DNA from: Actinomycetota bacterium
Lineage (GTDB): Bacteria; Actinomycetota; CADDZG01; JAHWKV01; JAOPZY01
Assembly: GCA_035765775.1 (NCBI GenBank)
Contig: DASTWV010000059.1
Coordinates: forward strand, 417,555-481,554
Length of the DNA: 64,000 nucleotides
Direction: 5' to 3'
Every line of letters begins with the position of its first letter. Positions within the stretch are counted from its first letter, which is position 1. A program made the position numbers and the translations under genes. Shown one piece after another: positions 49,557-60,265 of this stretch. The notes beneath the pieces are model-generated. The model did not search any database and was not told the DNA's origin. It saw nothing but the letters and a program-made list of their open reading frames with translations.

Positions 49557-50690
49557 CTAGTCCACCCGGAGGAGCGCGGCGGCCCCGCTGTCGGTCGGCA
49601 CCCCCCGCCAGGACTGCACCAGGCCCACCCGGGCGCCGGGCACCTGGCAGCCGCCCGCCTCGCCCCGGAGCTGGGCGACGATCTCGGCCACCCGGGCAAG
49701 CCCGTTGGCCTCGAAGGCATTGCCCCGGCCGAGGGTGCCGCCTGAGGGGTTGATGGGGGTCGTGGCAGGCAGGTCCAGGGCCCGGGCGTGCTGCAGTTGT
49801 TTGTAGCTGAAGGTGTCGTCGATCTCGGCCACATCGACATCGGCCGGGCTGGAGCCGGCCTGGCGGTATGCCCGCTCGGCGGCGCGGCGCACGCAACCGG
49901 CCTCGCGGTGGTCACCGCCGCCGCCCCACGTGCGCTGCGACAGCGACGGGGAGCCCGTGGCCCAGCCGATCCCGGCCACCCAGACCGGCCGGGCGGTGAG
50001 GCGGCGGGCGGGCTCCTCAGCCGCCAGGACGGCGACCACTGCCCCGTCGGCGGGGGCGGCGACGTCCAGCTCCCGCACCGGATCGGCCACCATCGGCGAT
50101 GACGCCACCTCGCCGGGTGTCAGCTTCCGGCCGTAGGCCGCCCGCGGATTGTCCAGGGCGCGGGTCCGGTTGGTGGCCGCCACCTCGGCACAGGCCTCGG
50201 GGGTCGCCCCGGAGTCGGCCAGGAACCGGCGCATCTCCAGGCCGGCGACGAACCAGGGATGGAGACCGAGAGGGCGCTCGTAGATGGGGTCCAGGGCGAA
50301 GGCGATGATGTCGGCCAACGACCGGATGTCGGAGGCCTTGGCGTGGGCTTCGACTGCCACCACCCGGGCGGCGCCCGACCGGATGAGCATGACGCCGGTG
50401 GCCAGGGCGACCAGGCCGTCGGCGGCCACCGTGTGCACGGGGCGGAGGGCGCCGCCGATCTGGTCGGGCACGTAGCAATCGAAGATGGCGGTGCCCTCGA
50501 GGAAATCCTCCGAGGCGCAGACGAAGGAATCGACGCCGGTCCGGGGGTCGAGCCCGGCGGCCTGGTAGGCCAGCGTGGCGGCCTCGAAGGTCAGCTCCTT
50601 GTAGGAGATGCCCGGGCTGAGCGGGGAGAACCCCACGTGGCCGACCGCCACGATCCCGACACGCTCCACGAGGCCCGATCCTACCGTCAT
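49557..50690 (-). CDS. Thiolase-like protein, SCP-x type (second copy)
   Basis: VGIVAVGHVGFS start region; thiolase-like fold. Confidence 0.8.
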   Translation of the reverse strand: MTVGSGLVERVGIVAVGHVGFSPLSPGISYKELTFEAATLAYQAAGLDPRTGVDSFVCASEDFLEGTAIFDCYVPDQIGGALRPVHTVAADGLVALATGVMLIRSGAARVVAVEAHAKASDIRSLADIIAFALDPIYERPLGLHPWFVAGLEMRRFLADSGATPEACAEVAATNRTRALDNPRAAYGRKLTPGEVASSPMVADPVRELDVAAPADGAVVAVLAAEEPARRLTARPVWVAGIGWATGSPSLSQRTWGGGGDHREAGCVRRAAERAYRQAGSSPADVDVAEIDDTFSYKQLQHARALDLPATTPINPSGGTLGRGNAFEANGLARVAEIVAQLRGEAGGCQVPGARVGLVQSWRGVPTDSGAAALLRVD

Positions 50691-50824
50691 CCCGGCAGCC
50701 GCCGGTCCCATCGGCCGGCCGCGGGCACTCTCGGGAGCTGGAGGCGTCCAGTAGGATCCCCCCGAACTCGTCGGGTGCCAACCTCGGGAAAGCATTGGCA
50801 CATTCGGAGGAGAGGAGAACAGCG

Positions 50825-51253
50825 GTGGGCGACCTCAGCGGCCAGGACCTCCGGGGCGAGAACCTGCGGGGGCGGGTCCTTCGGGAGACCGATCTGAGCG
50901 GGTCCAATCTCAGCGGCCAGTCGTTGAACGACCTCGACCTGTCGGGGGCCAACCTGTCGGGGGCCGACCTCTCCGGGGCGGTGCTCTCCCGGGTGGACCT
51001 GTCGGGCGCGAACCTGTCGGGCGCCGATCTGAGCGAGGCCGACCTCAGCGGGGCCGACCTGACCGGCGTGGACCTCACCGGCGCCAACCTGCGCGACGCC
51101 AACCTGTCCCGTGCCGACCTGAACGGGGCCACCCTCGCCGACGCCGACCTCACCATGACCGACTTTTCCGGCTCGGACCTCGGCGGGGCGGAGGGGCTCA
51201 CCGACGACCAGCTGGCCGCAGCCAACGTCGACAGCAACACCCGCTTGCCGTAG
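50825..51253 (+). CDS. Pentapeptide-repeat protein
   Basis: Consecutive A(D/N)LSG pentapeptides over ~120 aa. GTG start at 50825 with a GGAGAGGAGAA RBS; the ORF-track ATG at 50795 would overlap the thiolase start. Confidence 0.7.
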   Translation: MGDLSGQDLRGENLRGRVLRETDLSGSNLSGQSLNDLDLSGANLSGADLSGAVLSRVDLSGANLSGADLSEADLSGADLTGVDLTGANLRDANLSRADLNGATLADADLTMTDFSGSDLGGAEGLTDDQLAAANVDSNTRLP

Positions 51254-51267
51254 CGCGCAGCCGGACC

Positions 51268-53082
51268 GTGCCCCCCGCCGACAGCGCCGCCATCACGCCC
51301 ATCGGGAGGCTGCTGGTGGCCAACCGCGGGGAGATCGCGGTGCGGATCTTCCGGGCATGCCGGGAGCTGGGCATCGCCTCGGCGGCCATCTACTCCGAGA
51401 TCGACCGGGACGCCTTCCACCTCGGCTTCGCCGACGAGTCCTATTTCGTGGGCGACACTCCCCCGGCGGACAGCTACCTCAACATCGAGCACATCCTGGA
51501 CGCCGCCGCCCGGGCGGGGGCCGACGCCATCCACCCGGGGTACGGGTTCCTGGCGGAGAACCCCACCTTCGCCCAGGCCGTGATCGATGCCGGGTTCATC
51601 TGGGTCGGCCCGCCCCCCGCCGCAGTGGCGGCGATGGGCGACAAGGTCGCCGCCCGGCGGGTGGCGCAGGCCGCCGGCGTCCCCACCGTGCCGGGCACGA
51701 TGGACCCCGCCGCCGGGCCCGAGGACATCGTCGCCTTCGGCGCCGAACACGGCTGGCCGGTGGCGGTCAAGGCGATCCACGGCGGCGGGGGGCGGGGGTT
51801 CCGCGTGGTGCGCGCCCCGGCCGACGCCGAGCAGGCTTTCCACAGCGCCGCCCGGGAGGCGGGCCTGGCGTTCGGCAACCGGGACGTGTACCTGGAGCGC
51901 TACCTGGACCAGCCCCGCCACATCGAGATCCAGGTGCTGGGCGACGCCCACGGCACGATCGTGCACCTCGGCGAGCGGGAGTGCTCCTTGCAGCGCCGGC
52001 ACCAGAAGCTGGTGGAGGAGTGCCCGTCACCGGTGGTCGAACCCGCCACCCGGCAGGCGATGGGCGCCGCCGCGGTCCAGCTGTGCCATACCGCCGGCTA
52101 CTACTCGGCGGGCACCGCCGAGTTCCTGCTGGAGCAGACGGCCTCGGGACCCCGGTTCTATTTCCTGGAATTGAACACCCGCCTGCAGGTCGAGCACCCG
52201 GTGACCGAGATCGTGACCGGCGTCGACCTGGTGAAGGAGATGATCTGGGTGGCCGAGGGCCGCCCCCTGTCCTTCGGCCAGGACGACATCACGATGCGGG
52301 GCCACGCCATCGAGTGCCGGATCAACGTCGAGGACCCGGCCCGCAACTTCATGCCATCGCCCGGGCTGATCACCGAGTACCGGGAGCCCGGGGGGCCGGG
52401 CGTCCGGGTGGACGCCGGAGCAACGGCCGGGACCCGCATCCCGGAGTCCTACGACTCGCTGGTGGCCAAGCTGATCTGTTACGGGGCCACCCGGCGGGAG
52501 GCGATCGAGCGGATGCGCCGGGCGGTGGACGAGTACCGCCTGGAGGGGGTCGCCTCCACCCTGCCCTTCCACCGCCTGGCCGCCCGGGCCGACTGGTTCG
52601 AGCGGGCAGCGTTCTCGACCTCGTTCGTGGAGACCCTGGACCTCTCGGGCCTGCCGGCCGGGCCCGCCGGGCAGCCGGGCGACGCCCGGGCCCGGGACGT
52701 GACCGTCGAACTGTCCGGGAAGCGCTTCGAGGTCCGTCTGTGGGAGCGCCCGGGCGCCCACCGGGACAAGCCGCACCTGCCCGGCCCGGGCACCAAGGGC
52801 GGCCACGGCGGGGTGGGCGAGACCATCAACGCTCCCATGCAGGGCCTGATCCTGCGGGTGATGGTCGAGGAAGGCCAGGCGGTCTCGGCGGGCGACCCGC
52901 TGGTGGTCCTGGAGGCGATGAAGATGGAGAACGTGATCGTGGCCCACCGGGACGGTGTGGTGAAATCGCTGACGGTGGTGGTGGGGCAGTCGATCTCGCT
53001 GGGCGCCCCGATGGCCGAGATCGGCCCCGTCCCGGAGGGGGCTTCAGAGGGGGGTTCAGGGGCGGCCTCGCCGCCGGAGTAG
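51268..53082 (+). CDS. accA: Acetyl/propionyl-CoA carboxylase alpha subunit (biotin carboxylase + biotin carboxyl carrier domains)
   Basis: The ATP-grasp biotin carboxylase motif set and the C-terminal biotinyl-lysine motif EAMKMEN. Confidence 0.9.
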   Translation: MPPADSAAITPIGRLLVANRGEIAVRIFRACRELGIASAAIYSEIDRDAFHLGFADESYFVGDTPPADSYLNIEHILDAAARAGADAIHPGYGFLAENPTFAQAVIDAGFIWVGPPPAAVAAMGDKVAARRVAQAAGVPTVPGTMDPAAGPEDIVAFGAEHGWPVAVKAIHGGGGRGFRVVRAPADAEQAFHSAAREAGLAFGNRDVYLERYLDQPRHIEIQVLGDAHGTIVHLGERECSLQRRHQKLVEECPSPVVEPATRQAMGAAAVQLCHTAGYYSAGTAEFLLEQTASGPRFYFLELNTRLQVEHPVTEIVTGVDLVKEMIWVAEGRPLSFGQDDITMRGHAIECRINVEDPARNFMPSPGLITEYREPGGPGVRVDAGATAGTRIPESYDSLVAKLICYGATRREAIERMRRAVDEYRLEGVASTLPFHRLAARADWFERAAFSTSFVETLDLSGLPAGPAGQPGDARARDVTVELSGKRFEVRLWERPGAHRDKPHLPGPGTKGGHGGVGETINAPMQGLILRVMVEEGQAVSAGDPLVVLEAMKMENVIVAHRDGVVKSLTVVVGQSISLGAPMAEIGPVPEGASEGGSGAASPPE

Positions 53083-53083
53083 C

Positions 53084-53725
53084 TCAGCCGAGCAGCCCCC
53101 CGATCATCGCGCGGGCCAGGTAGTCCCGGTACTCATCGGCGCTCCAGTTCCGCTCGATGACCAGCAGCTCGTAGACCTCGGTGGAGTTGATCGTCCAGAG
53201 CAGGTCCCGCGCCCGCTCGACCGTGAGCCCCCGCCGCAGATGTCCTCCCTCGTCGAGGTGGCGGGCCAGCCCGGTGAGGCCATGCAACTGGTCGGTGCGC
53301 CAGCTCGCCAGGAGCGCGGCAATGTCCGGCTCCGATGCCGCCGCCGCCCGGGCTAGGAGGTAGATGGGAGCCGCCCGGGGCATCGACTCGGCCATGTGAC
53401 CGGCGAACACCTCGAGTTTGGACCGGGGATCGGGATCCGCCCGCATGCGCTGCGCAAAATCCCGCTCCGCCATGGGGACGGGCTCGTCGTCACCCGCCAC
53501 CGAGCGGTCGAACACCGCCTTGAGCAGCCCGGGCTTGCGGAGGAAGTTCTTGTAGACGGTCTCGACCGAGACGCCGGCCTCGCCGGCGATCGCCGCCACG
53601 GTCGTCGCGGCATACCCGTCCGCCAGGAACCGGCGGCGTGCGGTCTCGAGGATGCGGCGCCGCTGCTCGGCCGCATTCGCCTGCCGGCGCCCGGAATCGT
53701 AGCGCCGCCGCTCGCCCTCTTGCAT
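53084..53725 (-). CDS. TetR/AcrR family transcriptional regulator
   Basis: HTH (RRRILETARRRFLADGYAATTVAAIAGEAGVSVETVYKNF). Confidence 0.85.
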   Translation of the reverse strand: MQEGERRRYDSGRRQANAAEQRRRILETARRRFLADGYAATTVAAIAGEAGVSVETVYKNFLRKPGLLKAVFDRSVAGDDEPVPMAERDFAQRMRADPDPRSKLEVFAGHMAESMPRAAPIYLLARAAAASEPDIAALLASWRTDQLHGLTGLARHLDEGGHLRRGLTVERARDLLWTINSTEVYELLVIERNWSADEYRDYLARAMIGGLLG

Positions 53726-53788
53726 TGTTTGTTACAACTCCTTATATTGAATACATGCTGTTGTATCCAGTCTAGCGAGGAGGGGGCG
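53726..53788. promoter_or_regulatory. AT-rich divergent promoter region with inverted repeat (TACAAC...21 nt...GTTGTA), candidate TetR operator
   Basis: Seen directly in the sequence. It is the lowest-GC stretch in the central part of the window and lies between the TetR start and the small ORF start (AGGAGGGGG RBS). Confidence 0.4.
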
Positions 53789-54079
53789 ATGTACGCGTTT
53801 TCCTTCGAGGTGCCGGGCACCGAGTCCATGTACGAGCAGGTGAAGGCCAGTGTCGGGGAGCCCCCGGAGGGCCAGCTCCTGCTGCTGGTGAGCCGGACCG
53901 CCGGCGGACTCCGCCATCTCGGGGTCTGGCGCAGCCGGGCAGAGTGGGAGCACTACCGGGATGCCACAATCCGGCCGGCCGTCGCCGCCCTGCTGGCCAA
54001 GATCGGCATCCCGGAGCCGCCCGCTCCCGTGGAGCAGGAGGTGGCGGTGGTCGATCTCCAGCAGCCGGGCCGGGGTTAG
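53789..54079 (+). CDS. Hypothetical small protein (96 aa; possibly ABM/Dabb-like)
   Basis: Strong RBS and a coherent protein-like frame. Divergent from the TetR regulator. Family assignment is uncertain. Confidence 0.5.
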   Translation: MYAFSFEVPGTESMYEQVKASVGEPPEGQLLLLVSRTAGGLRHLGVWRSRAEWEHYRDATIRPAVAALLAKIGIPEPPAPVEQEVAVVDLQQPGRG

Positions 54080-54750
54080 GCCGGTAGGTTGGTGACCTTG
54101 ATGCCGGCCCCCGGGTGCAGCTTGTAGCGCCCGTTGATGCCGATGAGGAGTGCGGTGAGCGACTCGAGGATGCGGGCGGTCTCCAGCGCCCCGCAGTCGA
54201 TGAAACGGGAGCCGGGGATCTTGCCCACCACCTCCTCGGCCACCTTGCGGGCCTCGGGGTCGCCGCACACCAGCACGTCTTGGCCGAGCGGCGACTCGAC
54301 GGCCTCCAGCGTGCCCGCCATGACCGTGTGGAACCCGGAGGCCAGGGCGACCTCGCGGCCGAGGATCGAGCGGGCCTGCTGGGCGGCCGATCCCTCCCAC
54401 ACGCCGAGCATGCGGGTGGGGCGCCCGCCCACCTCGCTGGCGAGGGGGACGGTGCAGTCGATCACCGTGGTGCCGGCGCCGACGCTGGCCTTCATGGCCT
54501 TGTAGGCGTCGGCCTGGCCGGGGAACGGCACGGTGACCATGACGACGGGGACGTCCTTGACGATGTCGGCGTTGGCCCCACCCGACACCGAGACCTCCTT
54601 GGGCGCCAGCGCCTGGCGTATCCGGTCGGCAGCGGCGATGGCCCGGTCCGCCTGCCGGCTGCCGATAACGACGTCCTCGCCGGCGTGCGCCAGCCGCATC
54701 GCCAGCCCATAGCCCAGTCCCCCCGTGGCACCAACAATCGCGATGCGCAT
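54076..54750 (-). CDS. NADPH-dependent F420 reductase (Npd/Fno family)
   Basis: N-terminal dinucleotide-binding MRIAIVGATGGLGYGLA. Confidence 0.75.
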   Translation of the reverse strand: MRIAIVGATGGLGYGLAMRLAHAGEDVVIGSRQADRAIAAADRIRQALAPKEVSVSGGANADIVKDVPVVMVTVPFPGQADAYKAMKASVGAGTTVIDCTVPLASEVGGRPTRMLGVWEGSAAQQARSILGREVALASGFHTVMAGTLEAVESPLGQDVLVCGDPEARKVAEEVVGKIPGSRFIDCGALETARILESLTALLIGINGRYKLHPGAGIKVTNLPA

Positions 54751-56346
<1,596 letters not shown>

Positions 56347-56354
56347 GGGGAGAG

Positions 56355-56370
56355 TCTACCGGCCGGTAGA
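56355..56370. promoter_or_regulatory. Perfect 16-bp palindrome TCTACCGGCCGGTAGA just upstream of the MCM gene start
   Basis: Seen directly in the sequence (coordinates +/-1). Confidence 0.4.
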
Positions 56371-56624
56371 GAAGCCCCGGCCTCCGGAGCGCGGTGGGCC
56401 GGGCGGGGGGCCGCGTCGGGGGGCCGCCCGCAAACATGCCGCCCGGCCGGAAACTTGTGGAATGCGCCGCCAATATGGCGGCCGGCTCCACATGTTTTCT
56501 TGCTCAGCCTCCGGGTACAGCGGCGTCGGAAGGTGGGCGAAGGCCCGGTCGGTACGGATACCTCCAGCCTTCCCTCCTGACAATTCGACCGGCATCGAAG
56601 CGTCGGCGGGCTACGGTGGGAGGC

Positions 56625-57407
56625 ATGGACGGAGATGTCGACCTCGCCGCCGTGGGCGAACTGCTGGCCGACCGGAGCCGGTGCCGGATGCTGCTGGCAC
56701 TGGGGGACGGGCGGGCGCTGCCGGCCAGCCGCCTTGCCACCGAGGCGGGGGTGCGCCCGGCGACGGCCAGCAGCCACCTGGCCAAGCTGGTCGCCGGCGG
56801 TTTCCTCACGGTCGAGGCCTATGGGCGGCACCGGTTCTACCGGCTCGCCGGACCTGCGGTGGGCCGGATCATCGAGGCCCTGGCAGCCGTCGCGCCCCCG
56901 GAGCCGGTCCGGTCGCTCCGCCAGAGCACCCGGGCCGCCGCGGTCCGGGCAGCGCGGACGTGCTACGACCACCTCGCCGGGCGCCTCGGCGTCGGGCTGA
57001 TGGGCGCGTGGATCTCCCACGGCTGGTTGAGCGGCGGGGACGGGCGATTCCACCCGGGCGCGGGCGACCGCCCCAGCGCCTACGGGACCGAGATCGAGTA
57101 CCGATTGACGCCGTCGGGAATGGCGGTGGCGGAAGAGTTGGGCATGGCGGGGGGCCGGGCGGTGCGCTACTGCGTCGACTGGACCGAGCAGCGTCACCAT
57201 CTGTCCGGCCCCTTCGGCCGGGACCTGCTGGCGCACTTCGTGGACCAGGGATGGATCCGGCGATCGGAGGGGACCCGGGCGGTCCGTGTCACCCCCGAAG
57301 GGCAGGCGGCGCTGGCGGAACGGTTCGGGGCCGGACTATTCGCGGATGTCGGCTCCCAGAGCGTGGTAGCCCCCGTCGACGTGGACGATCTCGCCGCTGA
57401 TGGCTGA
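56625..57407 (+). CDS. ArsR-family (winged-helix) transcriptional regulator with extended C-terminal domain
   Basis: N-terminal HTH (LADRSRCRMLLALGDGRALPASRLATEAGVRPATASSHLAKLVAGGFL). Confidence 0.7.
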   Translation: MDGDVDLAAVGELLADRSRCRMLLALGDGRALPASRLATEAGVRPATASSHLAKLVAGGFLTVEAYGRHRFYRLAGPAVGRIIEALAAVAPPEPVRSLRQSTRAAAVRAARTCYDHLAGRLGVGLMGAWISHGWLSGGDGRFHPGAGDRPSAYGTEIEYRLTPSGMAVAEELGMAGGRAVRYCVDWTEQRHHLSGPFGRDLLAHFVDQGWIRRSEGTRAVRVTPEGQAALAERFGAGLFADVGSQSVVAPVDVDDLAADG

Positions 57408-58112
57408 TGACCAATCCGACAGCAGGAACGCCACGGTGCGGGCGGTGGGGAGCGGGTCCTTGAGGTCCCAGCCCAGCGGCGCCCGCCGCCCCCAGGCCGA
57501 GGCGAGGATGTCGAAACCGGGGATCCCCTTGGCGGCCATCGTGCGCAACGGCCCGGCGGAGACCAGGTTGACCCGGATCCCGTCGCCGCCCAGGTCCCGG
57601 GCCAGGTAGCGGGTCACCGACTCGAGGCTGGCCTTCGCCACCCCCATCCAGTCGTAGATCGGCCAGGCCACCGTGGCATCGAAGTCGAGGCCCACGACCG
57701 CGGCGCCGCCCGCCATGCACGAGCGCAGCGCCACCGCCATGGCCTTGAGCGAGTAGGCGCTGGTCTGCACGGCAGTGGCCACGCTCTCCCACGGGGTGTT
57801 GAGGAAGTTGCCGCCCAGGGCGTCGGGCGGGGCGTAGGCGATGGCGTGCAGGAACCCGTCCAGATGGCCGAAGCGAGAGGCCACCTCCACCGCCACGGCG
57901 GCGATGTGGGCCTCGTCGTTGGCGTCCATCTCCAGCACCGGCGGCGGCGACGGGAGCCGGCGGGCGGTCATCTCGGTGAGCTGCATCCCTTTGCCGAAGC
58001 CGGTGATGATGATCTCGGCCCCCTGCTCCTGGCATACCCGGGCGACGGCGAAGGCGATGCTCTGCGGCGAGAGCACGCCGGTGAGGAGGAGCTTCTTGCC
58101 GTCGAGGAGCAC
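57336..58112 (-). CDS. fabI: Enoyl-[acyl-carrier-protein] reductase (NADH), FabI/InhA type
   Basis: LLDGKKLLLTGV...SIAF N-terminus like InhA. The Y...K catalytic dyad context (MGVAKASLES) and a C-terminal GEIVHVDGGYHALG. Confidence 0.8.
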   Translation of the reverse strand: MLLDGKKLLLTGVLSPQSIAFAVARVCQEQGAEIIITGFGKGMQLTEMTARRLPSPPPVLEMDANDEAHIAAVAVEVASRFGHLDGFLHAIAYAPPDALGGNFLNTPWESVATAVQTSAYSLKAMAVALRSCMAGGAAVVGLDFDATVAWPIYDWMGVAKASLESVTRYLARDLGGDGIRVNLVSAGPLRTMAAKGIPGFDILASAWGRRAPLGWDLKDPLPTARTVAFLLSDWSSAISGEIVHVDGGYHALGADIRE

Positions 58113-58156
58113 GGTGCGCCAGCCTACCGGCTTCGCCGGGGAGAGGCGATGGGCGC

Positions 58157-58819
58157 CTAGGGGGTGGCGATCCCGGTGATCAGCACATCGAGGAGGTACC
58201 CGACCAGGGTGTCCCGGTCGGCTTCGAACAGGTCGGGCTTGGCGATGCACAGCGAGGTGAGGCCGTGCACCGCCGACCACAGACCCAGGGCCACCACGTG
58301 GGTGGGGGCCGGCCGGACCGCCCCGCGGGCGAGGGCGGCCTGGACGATGCCTATCCAGTGCACGAACGACGGGGACTCCAGCATGCGGGCGTGGAGCCAG
58401 TCGGGCGGGGACGACGTCGGCCGCATCATGAAGAGGATCCGGTAGATCTCGGGATTGTCCACCCCGAATCCGACGTAGGCCCGGCCCCGCCGGCGCAGGG
58501 ACTCGAGCGGGTCGTCGATGCCGGCAGCCGCCTCGTCCAGCACCCGGTCCAGGTGGGCGAGGTGACGCTGGCAGACCGCCAGGATCAGCTCGGTCTTGTC
58601 GGCGAAGTGCAGGTAGAGGGCGGGCGGGCTGACGCCCACCGCGTCGGCCACCGCCCGGATGGAGACGGCGTCCTGGTTGCCCGTGGAGAGCAGGAGCGCT
58701 TCTGCGGCGTCGACGATCTCCTCTCGCAGCCGGTCGCCCTGACCTTTGGGTGCCCGGCGGCGGCGCGGTGCCCCCGGGCGGCGCCGGGCGGCCGTGCCGG
58801 GCTGGGCAGCAGTGCTCAC
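58157..58819 (-). CDS. TetR/AcrR family transcriptional regulator
   Basis: HTH (GQGDRLREEIVDAAEALLLSTGNQDAVSIRAVADAVGVSPPALYLHF). GTGA overlap with the P450 stop. Confidence 0.8.
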   Translation of the reverse strand: MSTAAQPGTAARRRPGAPRRRRAPKGQGDRLREEIVDAAEALLLSTGNQDAVSIRAVADAVGVSPPALYLHFADKTELILAVCQRHLAHLDRVLDEAAAGIDDPLESLRRRGRAYVGFGVDNPEIYRILFMMRPTSSPPDWLHARMLESPSFVHWIGIVQAALARGAVRPAPTHVVALGLWSAVHGLTSLCIAKPDLFEADRDTLVGYLLDVLITGIATP

Positions 58820-60216
58820 CGCAGCGCCAGCGTGGCCGGCATCGCCTCCCCAGGGCGCAGCGTGATGCCGGTAAACAGCTTCACCGGATCCGAAGAGGTG
58901 GTGATGGCGAACGCCTGCACCACCGAGGCGGTGACGACGGCGGCCTCCAGCATCGAGAAGTACTGGCCGATGCACGCCCGCGGGCCGCCCCCGAAGGGGA
59001 AGTAGGCGTAGCGGTGGCGGGCCTTCTCGGCCTCGGTAGTGAAGCGCTCGGGATCGAAGGTGTCCGGGGCGTCCCAGAACCCGGGATGGCGGTGGGTGGC
59101 CCAGGGCGAGACGATGACGGTGGCGCCCGCCGGGATCCGGTACCCGCCGATGACGTCGTCGACATAGCTCGTGCGCCCGGTGGCCGAGGCCGAGGGGTAG
59201 AGGCGCATGGCCTCCTTCACCACCATGGTGGTGTAGCTCAGCGCCTGGACCTGCTCGAGGCCCAGCTCGCCGCCCGCGAGCACCGCCGCCGCCTCGGCGG
59301 CCACCCGTTCCTGCGCCGCCGGGTGGTGCCCGAGGAGGTGGAGGGCAAAGGTGAGGGCGGTCGCCGTGGTCTCGTGGCCCGCCAGCAGGAAGATCAGCGC
59401 CTGGTCGCGCACCTCGTCGTCGCGGAGGCGCTGCCCGCCCTCGGGGTCCTGGGCGTCCAGGAGGAGGTTGACAAGATCCTCGCCCTCGGTGCGCTGGCGC
59501 CGCCGGGAGGCGATGAGGTCGTCCACCATCCCGTAGATGGCGGCCTTGTCCCGGGCGGCCTTCCGGTTGCCGGGCGTGGGCCAGGTGGCGGGGAGCTTCA
59601 CGGGTGACAGCCCCCGCTGCAGCGCACGGTTGCTCAGGTAGGGCACGGTGTCCCGCAGGACGGGGATCATGTGGTCGACCTCGGCGCCGAACACCGCGGT
59701 GCCCACCACCCGGAGCGTGACCGCGGTCATGTCCTCGTGCAGGTCCACCGGGCGGCCCGCACGGGCGGCCTCGGTCCAGTCGGCCACCAGTCGGCGGGCG
59801 TGCCCCACCATCATCGGGACGTAGCCCGCCACCCGCGTGCGGGTGAACAGCGGCTGGACCATGCGTTTCTGGCGCTTCCAGACCTCGCCCTCGCTGGTCA
59901 GCAGGCCGCTGCCCAGCAGGTCCTCGATCTCCCGGTAGACCGGCGTCCCCTTGTAGTACTTGTCCGCCGAGCCGGCCAGCACATGCTGCGCCCCGTCGGG
60001 ATGGAACACGAAGTGCGCCACCTGGCGGACCGGGGGCGGGCCGACGGTGACCCGAACGACGTCGCCATAGGTCTCCATGACCCGGAGGGTGAAGCCCAGG
60101 ATGTCGGCCTTGAGGGCGAGTGCAGAGCCCAGCACCGGGGCCCCCTTCGGGCCGGGCGCCTGCGGGGAGGCGGCTGCGTCGGCGTCAGCGCTGCGGTCGG
60201 ACGATCGAACGGCCAT
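58816..60216 (-). CDS. Cytochrome P450
   Basis: I-helix AGHETT, the ExxR motif (EAMRLYP) and heme-binding FGGGPRACIG. Start MAVRSSD at 60216 with a GGGAAGGGAGA RBS. Confidence 0.9.
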   Translation of the reverse strand: MAVRSSDRSADADAAASPQAPGPKGAPVLGSALALKADILGFTLRVMETYGDVVRVTVGPPPVRQVAHFVFHPDGAQHVLAGSADKYYKGTPVYREIEDLLGSGLLTSEGEVWKRQKRMVQPLFTRTRVAGYVPMMVGHARRLVADWTEAARAGRPVDLHEDMTAVTLRVVGTAVFGAEVDHMIPVLRDTVPYLSNRALQRGLSPVKLPATWPTPGNRKAARDKAAIYGMVDDLIASRRRQRTEGEDLVNLLLDAQDPEGGQRLRDDEVRDQALIFLLAGHETTATALTFALHLLGHHPAAQERVAAEAAAVLAGGELGLEQVQALSYTTMVVKEAMRLYPSASATGRTSYVDDVIGGYRIPAGATVIVSPWATHRHPGFWDAPDTFDPERFTTEAEKARHRYAYFPFGGGPRACIGQYFSMLEAAVVTASVVQAFAITTSSDPVKLFTGITLRPGEAMPATLALR

Positions 60217-60245
60217 AGGGGTCTCCCTTCCCGACTTCGGGCGCC

Positions 60246-60265
60246 AACTTAACGACGTTAACTTA
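60246..60265. promoter_or_regulatory. Palindrome TTAACGACGTTAA (with imperfect flanks AACTTAACG/CGTTAACTT) 30-50 bp upstream of the P450 start; candidate operator for the co-transcribed TetR
   Basis: Seen directly in the sequence in the 83-bp intergenic region. Confidence 0.4.
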
